Below, piece after piece: positions 57,919 through 64,000 of a stretch of 64,000 bases of DNA. The translations under genes and the position numbers were made by a program. Location of the stretch: positions 594,916-658,915 of the forward strand of contig CAUVWX020000002.1 of the NCBI GenBank assembly GCA_963555815.3, written 5' to 3'. Within the stretch, counting starts at the first letter, position 1, and the number at the start of each line of letters is the position of its first letter. The notes under the pieces were generated by a model, which was given only the letters and a program-made list of their open reading frames with translations, did no database searches and was not told the origin of the DNA. The DNA is from a bacterium. GTDB lineage: Bacteria > UBA8248 > JACPRG01 > G963555815.

Positions 57919-58995
57919 CTACCAGATCCCCGGGATCCGGCGGCCGCAGGAGGGACACAGGCCGTCGGAGTTCAGACGATTCTGGAGGATCTGATATCCA
58001 ACGCGCTCCACCAGAAGGGTGTGGCAATCTGGACAACAGGTGTTCTCATAGGGACCCACCTGGCCCGGCAGATTTCCCGCATAGACAAAACGAAGGCCGC
58101 ACTCCTGCCCGATCTTGGCCGCCCGCATGAGGGCCTCCGAATTCGTGTTGTCAGGCTCCACCATCTTGTAGTCCTTGTGGAAGGCCGTGACGTGCCAGGG
58201 GATGTCGAGGGAGATCCCGGCCAGAAAACTGGCGGCCTCTCGTAGCTCCGCGTCAGAGTCGTTGAAGCCCGGGATCACCAGGGTCACGATCTCCACCCAG
58301 AACCCCATCTCCACCAGCCTCGGGATGGTCTCCAGAACCGTTTTCAGCTGCCCTCCGAGCTTCCGGTAGGCCTTCTTCGACATGGACTTCAGGTCTACCT
58401 TGTAGAGGTCGGTCCAGGGGCGAAGATATTTCAGGACCTCGGGGGTCCCGTTCCCGTTGGAGATGAAGGATGTCAAAAACCCCTCGGCCTTGGCGACCCT
58501 GAAAACCTCGACGGCCCACTCTGCCGTAATGAGGGGCTCATTGTAAGAACTTCCGACCACCTTGGCCCCCCGGGACTTCGCCAGGGCGACCAGCTGCTCC
58601 GGGCTCATCTCCCTCGGCATGACCTCCGCCCGGGGGTCCCGAAGGGCCTGCGAGGTGAGCCAGTTCTGGCAATAGCCGCAGTGGTAGTCACATCCCAGCA
58701 TCCCGAAGGTCAGGGTGTCGGAGCCCGGGAAAACATAAAAGAAAGACTTTTTCTCGGTGGGGTCACACTGAAGGGCGCCCACATATCCCCTTGGGACGAG
58801 GAGCCGCCCGCCCCGGTTGAAGCGGACCTTGCAGATGCCCCGCCTTCCCTCCAGGATGAGGCAACGATGGCCGCAGGCAAAACACTCGAACCGGTTGTCT
58901 TCAAAACGCTCGTAGAGCTCCCCTTCCCGGGTGTGGGCGGCCAGGGCTTTTGCCAGGGCCGGAGACGCCTTTACGGATGTGCCCGCGGGTGTCAC
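57919..58995 (-). CDS. amrS: AmmeMemoRadiSam system radical SAM enzyme
   Basis: CFACGHRC…GICKVR, DPTEKK, GCDYHCGYCQNW, SYNEP, PWHVTAFH, VYAGN, CPSCGRRIPG. Confidence 0.9.
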   Translation of the reverse strand: MTPAGTSVKASPALAKALAAHTREGELYERFEDNRFECFACGHRCLILEGRRGICKVRFNRGGRLLVPRGYVGALQCDPTEKKSFFYVFPGSDTLTFGMLGCDYHCGYCQNWLTSQALRDPRAEVMPREMSPEQLVALAKSRGAKVVGSSYNEPLITAEWAVEVFRVAKAEGFLTSFISNGNGTPEVLKYLRPWTDLYKVDLKSMSKKAYRKLGGQLKTVLETIPRLVEMGFWVEIVTLVIPGFNDSDAELREAASFLAGISLDIPWHVTAFHKDYKMVEPDNTNSEALMRAAKIGQECGLRFVYAGNLPGQVGPYENTCCPDCHTLLVERVGYQILQNRLNSDGLCPSCGRRIPGIW

Positions 58996-59187
58996 TGAAT
59001 ATCTCCCTTCAGCTGAAGAGATTTGCCTTTTTATTCTTGCACAATCCCCCGCTTCGACAAGCCTACATTTCTCGCCTTACTTCTAAATATATTTCTCTTT
59101 CCGCGAAGGGGCCAGCCCCTTAGAGACCTGCGCGATGGCGGAAGATCGGTGTATAGTCGCCTGGCGGGATGCGACAAAGGACGCGGG

Positions 59188-59763
59188 ATGGAATTGCAGA
59201 CGGAAATCCAGGAAAACCCTGACGGGGCGAAGGTGGAATATGTCTATTTCCCGCCTGAAGAAGCGTTTCTGGAGCGGATCCTGCGAGACCTCTTCGAGAA
59301 CTACTGGTCCAAAATCGTGTTTGGCCCCTGCATTCAAGGCTCTGTCTTTGAGATCCAGGCAGAGAGACCTCCAAAGCGTATCAGTCTGATGGACGGCTAC
59401 CTGACGGTGGACCTCGGGAGTTGGCACTTTCACCTCTGCATCGGAGAGCATCGGGGGACTTCTGAGCGTCCGGTCCCGCCCGATCTGGCCTCCTGGCGCC
59501 GCGTTGGAAAGGCCGCCCTGTTTCGATATCTCAACCGAGCGGGCTCCCCCCACTCCTGGGGCCTCCGGCTTTGGAATGGACGGGGGGAACAGATGATCAC
59601 GCTCTTTTTGCCGAACCCATATCTCAGCGATAAGATGAAATGGCAGAAAAAACCGGACTGGTCCAGACTTAATGTCTGGAACCACCTTCGAACAACTCAC
59701 CTCGACCTCCCCGCCGAGGTCCCCGACCCAAACCTCCCCGCCGTGGAAGACCCTCACGGATAA
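59188..59763 (+). CDS. Hypothetical protein
   Basis: Trp/His/Cys-rich motifs FGPCIQG, WHFHLCIGEH, SWGLRLWNG, LPNPYL; function not recognised. Confidence 0.7.
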   Translation: MELQTEIQENPDGAKVEYVYFPPEEAFLERILRDLFENYWSKIVFGPCIQGSVFEIQAERPPKRISLMDGYLTVDLGSWHFHLCIGEHRGTSERPVPPDLASWRRVGKAALFRYLNRAGSPHSWGLRLWNGRGEQMITLFLPNPYLSDKMKWQKKPDWSRLNVWNHLRTTHLDLPAEVPDPNLPAVEDPHG

Positions 59764-59781
59764 GAGGTTTCCTGGAAAGAT

Positions 59782-60906
59782 TTAGAAGATCTTCCGATAG
59801 AGTTCACTCACCTCGGATTCTTTTGCTTCTCTAGGGTTGTTCCGAAAGGTGCTCGCCCTGAGAACCTCCCGAACGAGTTTCTGTTTCTTCTCTTCGAAGG
59901 CGCTGGCTGAGATGCCGGCCTCCCGGAGATCTTTGGGAAGACCGAGGTCCCTCCTAAGGGTTTCGAAGACCACGGCGATCTCCTCTGCCCCGTCGCCCGA
60001 ACGGCGTAAGCCGAGGCCTTCGGCCAAGGAAGCCATCTTCGTCTCCCCCCTGTTGAACCGAACAACCTCTGGGAAACAGAGGGCGATAGCCGATCCGTGG
60101 GGGATCTGCCAGAGGGCGCTCAGGGGAGAGGCCAGGGCGTGGGCCAGCCCAAGGGAACAATCCCCCGCCGCCCTTCCCGCCATCGAGGCTGCATAGTGAG
60201 TCCACCCCCTGGCTTCCCGGTCCTCTGGGTCCTCGGCACTCCTTCGAAGAAACCGCCAGAGGAGCCTAAACGCCTCCAGGGCCGTGAGGTCTGAGAGGGG
60301 GCCAGGGATTTTCGAGAGATAGGCCTCTACGGCGTGAGACAGGGCGTCAAAGCCAGAGGAGGCCGCCACCATCTTCGGGAGGGTCACCGTGAGGCCGGGG
60401 TCCAGGATGGCCCGATCCGGGATGAGAGAGGGGGATCGCATCTCGCGAAAGGCCTCTCCCTCCAGGAGACCCATCGTGGGGGAGACCTCTGCCCCGGCAC
60501 CGCTCGTGGTGGGAAGGGCAATGAGGCGGGCCCGCTTCCGAAGACGCGGGAAGGTGGGCTTCTTCAGCGCCTGGGAGGCTGTCCAGTCCGGGTGCTCGTA
60601 GAGGACCCAGGCGGCCTTCGCAATCTCGATGGTGGACCCTCCCCCAACGGCCACGATAACGTCGGGTTCAAAACCCCTGAGAACCCCTCCGAGTTCGTCC
60701 GCCTTCTCTGTCGTGGGAGGAGGCGAAACCTCCAGCTTCCTGACGAGGGTCTTGTTGGCCTCTAGCCACTCGACGATCTCTTCAAGGGAGGCCAGGGCTG
60801 GATCCGCCACAAGGGCCGTCCGGCTGCGCCGCATTCCCTTGAGATACTCGGCCGAGCCCCATCCATAGAGGATTTCTGGGGGACCTCGGGACCAGAGAAG
60901 CTCCAA
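59782..60906 (-). CDS. Iron-containing alcohol dehydrogenase family protein
   Basis: AVGGGS, PTTSGAGAE, DALSHAVEAY, GLAHAL, PHG, NPR. Confidence 0.88.
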   Translation of the reverse strand: MELLWSRGPPEILYGWGSAEYLKGMRRSRTALVADPALASLEEIVEWLEANKTLVRKLEVSPPPTTEKADELGGVLRGFEPDVIVAVGGGSTIEIAKAAWVLYEHPDWTASQALKKPTFPRLRKRARLIALPTTSGAGAEVSPTMGLLEGEAFREMRSPSLIPDRAILDPGLTVTLPKMVAASSGFDALSHAVEAYLSKIPGPLSDLTALEAFRLLWRFLRRSAEDPEDREARGWTHYAASMAGRAAGDCSLGLAHALASPLSALWQIPHGSAIALCFPEVVRFNRGETKMASLAEGLGLRRSGDGAEEIAVVFETLRRDLGLPKDLREAGISASAFEEKKQKLVREVLRASTFRNNPREAKESEVSELYRKIF

Positions 60907-61040
60907 ACCTCACGCCTCGCCCTAGATCAACAAAGAATCACATGTGTCAGACCGGCCAACAGGATGACTGCGATAGGAATATATGAACCGCCTCCCCATG
61001 GTCAGAACCAGATCGCGTCAGCGTGCAATGTCACTTTTCC

Positions 61041-62849
61041 TCACTTGCTCCACGCAGGCCCGGCGTTCGGTGTCTCCTCCACGGGGCCCACCAGGCTGAT
61101 CAGCAACTTCCCAGGCCGGGGTTCAAACTGGTTATCCTTGGTCAACACGACCAGTTTGCCGTTCTCGTTGATCAGGAATAGGGGAATCGCAGTTTCGCCG
61201 TAGCGGGCTCGGAAGGCTTCGTAATCGAATTCCGAGGTCAACTTCGTCGTCTTGATCTCCTCGCCTCTCGCAAATCGGTGGTCCAGCTCTGTGTATGTAA
61301 CCCCAGTGCGGAACAAAAGGCGACCACGCAGGTGCGGAGAAACGGCCTCGTCTTCGGGAGAGAGTTGATAAACCTCTGCACGACTGAAGACATCAGTGAA
61401 ATGCAGGGCAGCGAGAGAGTTGACCTCATCGTTAGAGGTCAGGGCCAGCAGACGCCCAATCCCCCCGAGCTCAATCTCATCCAGGATATATTCCGAAAGG
61501 ACGCTTCCGTAATAGGTGGGCAGGCCGTCCATCCGAGCCGCAGAAATGTCTACTCGGTTGGTGTCTATCATCAGCACCTGATAGCCTTGGGCCTGAAGTG
61601 CCTTGGCGATAGCTCGCGCCCATGGGTGTGCCCCAGTGATCAGAACTCCTTGGGGATGCGGTTCGGAAATTTGGAGCCAGCGGGCCAGCGGTGAAGCGGT
61701 CAGACCATAGATGGTGACGGTGCCGATGATGACCATGAAAGTGAGTGGTACTAAACGTTCGGCCTGGGGGTAGCCTGCTTCTACCAGACTTAGAGCAAAA
61801 ATGGAGGCGACAGCCGCAGCGACGATACCGCGGGGCGCCATCCACGAGAGGAAAAATCGCTCACGCCAACTCAGTCCTGATTTCAGCGTGGAAAGGGCCA
61901 CGGCTATAGGACGTGCGATAAATATCAAGACGCCCAAGAAGGCCAGACTGCTCAGGCCCAGATGAGCCAAATCGCTCAGCTGCAGCCTTGCCGCCAACAG
62001 GACAAACAGGCTGGCGATCAGCAACACGCGCAGGTTCTCTTTAAATTCAACGATGTGCTTGACAGTCACCGTCTTCTGATTGGCCAGCGCCACCCCCATC
62101 ACGGTCACTGTCAAGAGGCCAGACTCTGCCTGAAACCAGTTCGAGGCGGTAAACACGCTGACCACCATCGCCAGGGAAACAGCATTCTGGAGAAAGTCGG
62201 GAATCCGGTGGTGTTTTAGCAGCAGGAACATAACCCCCGCGCCGATCACACCGACAATGCCGCCGATGAATACAGTCTTGAAAAAACCGATTGCCGCCAG
62301 AGCGGCCGCCCCCTGAAACCCGCCGGGGAGAATTGCTTCAAAGACCAGCACCGCCAGCATAGCCCCTATGGGGTCGATGAGAATGCCTTCCCACTTCAGT
62401 ATCGACCCGACCTGACCCACCGGTCGCACGTGCCTGAGCAGTGGCACAATCACCGTTGGTCCAGTAACCACTACGATGGCTCCCAAAAGCACCGACAAGG
62501 CGAGATCCAGACCCAGGATGAGGTGCGCGGCACCGGCGCTGATCAGCCAGGTGGCTAACGTGCCCACCGTAATCAAGTTTCGGACTACGCCGCCGATCTG
62601 GCGTAGTTCAGTGATCCTCAAGCTGAGGCCGCCCTCAAAGAGAATCACCGCCACACCCACTGACACCACTGGGAGCAGGAGATTGCCGAGGAGTGCATCC
62701 GGGTCGAGAAGGCCCGTCGCGGGGCCCGCGGCAAAGCCAAAAATTAGCAGAAGCAAGATAGACGGGAGGTGAAGACGCCATGCCAACCACTGCGCCGCAA
62801 TGCCCAGCACAATGATGCCGGATATGGCGATCAAGGGGTGCTCAACCAA
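61041..62849 (-). CDS. CPA1-family Na+(K+)/H+ antiporter with C-terminal TrkA-N/RCK domain
   Basis: ILFEGGL, VTGPTV, WEGILIDP, ESGLL, APRGIVAA; GAHPWA…ALTSNDEVN domain. Confidence 0.92.
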   Translation of the reverse strand: MVEHPLIAISGIIVLGIAAQWLAWRLHLPSILLLLIFGFAAGPATGLLDPDALLGNLLLPVVSVGVAVILFEGGLSLRITELRQIGGVVRNLITVGTLATWLISAGAAHLILGLDLALSVLLGAIVVVTGPTVIVPLLRHVRPVGQVGSILKWEGILIDPIGAMLAVLVFEAILPGGFQGAAALAAIGFFKTVFIGGIVGVIGAGVMFLLLKHHRIPDFLQNAVSLAMVVSVFTASNWFQAESGLLTVTVMGVALANQKTVTVKHIVEFKENLRVLLIASLFVLLAARLQLSDLAHLGLSSLAFLGVLIFIARPIAVALSTLKSGLSWRERFFLSWMAPRGIVAAAVASIFALSLVEAGYPQAERLVPLTFMVIIGTVTIYGLTASPLARWLQISEPHPQGVLITGAHPWARAIAKALQAQGYQVLMIDTNRVDISAARMDGLPTYYGSVLSEYILDEIELGGIGRLLALTSNDEVNSLAALHFTDVFSRAEVYQLSPEDEAVSPHLRGRLLFRTGVTYTELDHRFARGEEIKTTKLTSEFDYEAFRARYGETAIPLFLINENGKLVVLTKDNQFEPRPGKLLISLVGPVEETPNAGPAWSK

Positions 62850-62969
62850 GAATATCCTCCTCCTCGCCTTTCAAAAGCCGAGGGTTCAACCCTCAAAGGA
62901 TCTATTCGTGAATTGTGGTCACTAAGATACTGATATGTATGAAAGAACACCCGTGGGTCTTTGAGCAAG

Positions 62970-63608
62970 CTAGGCGTTCTTGATAACGATCCCCTCGATA
63001 ATATTGGCGACATCCTCTACTCGGTCTGTGGCCTCTTCAACCAATTCGTAGATCTCCTTCCACTTGATGACCTCAAGGGGGTCCTGGTTGTTCTTGAAAA
63101 GTTCCTCAAATGCCGTCCGCATGATCTCGTCCGACTCGTTTTCCACCTCGTGGATTCTGACGCAGGCCTCTAGAATAGCGTCCCCCGCCTTCTTCATGTT
63201 TCGAAGGCCCCCCACCGCTTGAACCAAGATCTCGGTCCCTTTGAGCAGGGCGCCGGCGAGCTCCTGAAGGAGGGGCAGGCGCCTGGTGTCCTTGACATGG
63301 AAGATGACCAGGCGTTTGGCGGCCGCGTCGATTCCGTCCAGGATGTCATCCATCCGGGTCACCATGTTGTGAATGTCTTCTCGGTCAATGGGGGTGATGA
63401 AGGTTCGGTACAGCCGCCGCATGGTCTCATGGGTGATGTCATCGGCCTTGCGCTCAGCATCTTTGATCTTCTGGACATTTTCAGAGGGGGATGAAAAATC
63501 CTCCACCATGGCCTTGAAGAGACTCGCCCCCTGGCAGATGACTTCACTTCCCGCCTCAAAAAGGTCAAAAAACTTCTCCTCACGGGGAAGTATGCGGAAC
63601 TTGAACAA
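62970..63608 (-). CDS. DUF47 (PhoU-like phosphate transport regulator) family protein
   Basis: PREEKFFDLF, TFITPIDREDI, IKWKEIYELVEEATD. Confidence 0.9.
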   Translation of the reverse strand: MFKFRILPREEKFFDLFEAGSEVICQGASLFKAMVEDFSSPSENVQKIKDAERKADDITHETMRRLYRTFITPIDREDIHNMVTRMDDILDGIDAAAKRLVIFHVKDTRRLPLLQELAGALLKGTEILVQAVGGLRNMKKAGDAILEACVRIHEVENESDEIMRTAFEELFKNNQDPLEVIKWKEIYELVEEATDRVEDVANIIEGIVIKNA

Positions 63609-63702
63609 GGCTGCTTCCTCCTCTTCAGCGGGTTTTCTTGAACCCCGTGACGCTTGTCCGGCAAACCCTATTATAACTGCACAAGACCCGGGAGGACCCC
63701 CA

Positions 63703-64000
63703 TTATGTGGAGGCCGATCCCAGGGAGTCGAGATAGACCCTCATGTATTCCAGATAGCGTCGCCCGGTGTGCCGGATCATCTCTATCTCTTCCTCTCCAA
63801 GGTCACGGATGACCTTGGCCGGTACCCCGGCCACCAGCGTCCGCTGGGCGACAACGGTCCTCTCCGTCACCACAGCCCCGGCGGCCACAATGGACTCCGG
63901 GCCGATGGTCGACCCGTTCAAGAGCCGGGCCCCCATCCCAATAAGGCAGTCATCCTCAATCACGCACCCGTGGACAATGACCCCGTGGCCGATGGTGATC
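63703..64000 (-). CDS. Gamma-class carbonic anhydrase family (hexapeptide repeat) protein, 5'-truncated by window edge
   Basis: ITIGHGVIVHGCVIEDDCLIGMGA…GVPAKVIR. Confidence 0.88.
   Translation of the reverse strand, partial: ITIGHGVIVHGCVIEDDCLIGMGARLLNGSTIGPESIVAAGAVVTERTVVAQRTLVAGVPAKVIRDLGEEEIEMIRHTGRRYLEYMRVYLDSLGSAST

Overview
GC-rich (roughly 60-65% by eye) bacterial chromosomal window. The gene style suggests a Nitrospinota/Tectomicrobia- or deltaproteobacteria-like organism, which is a weak inference. Housekeeping genes include mutL (5'-truncated), guaB, guaA, dnaE, lipB, exbB/exbD, lpdA, uvrA, truA, hflK/hflC, gatA/gatB, polA and tRNA-Ala(CGC). Highlights: (1) Two probable selenoproteins that the ORF track misses or truncates, a MoeX/Rv1681-type radical SAM enzyme ending F-Q-U-A and an ArsC/Spx-family UxxC protein. 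Both UGA codons are followed by hairpins of identical geometry (10-nt spacer, ~7-bp stem, GGUC loop at +18). (2) An accessory catabolic cluster (~15.5-28.2 kb) with an acetylene-hydratase-like Mo/W-bisPGD enzyme, a nitrilase, MobA/MobB, two FAH-fold paralogues with complementary loss of catalytic residues, an MFS transporter, a UbiD decarboxylase, an alpha/beta hydrolase and a 7Fe ferredoxin followed by a silent in-frame duplicate of its 3' half. (3) A consensus sigma-54 promoter upstream of an unexplained, highly structured ~180-nt non-coding element. (4) A Dam-family methylase translationally coupled to an endonuclease-type MutL. (5) A divergent QueC/QueD/pteridine-reductase/AKR/GT4 cluster. 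Several accessory genes are disrupted. No CRISPR array, integrase or transposase was seen. All family assignments come from motif recognition only, with no database searches.
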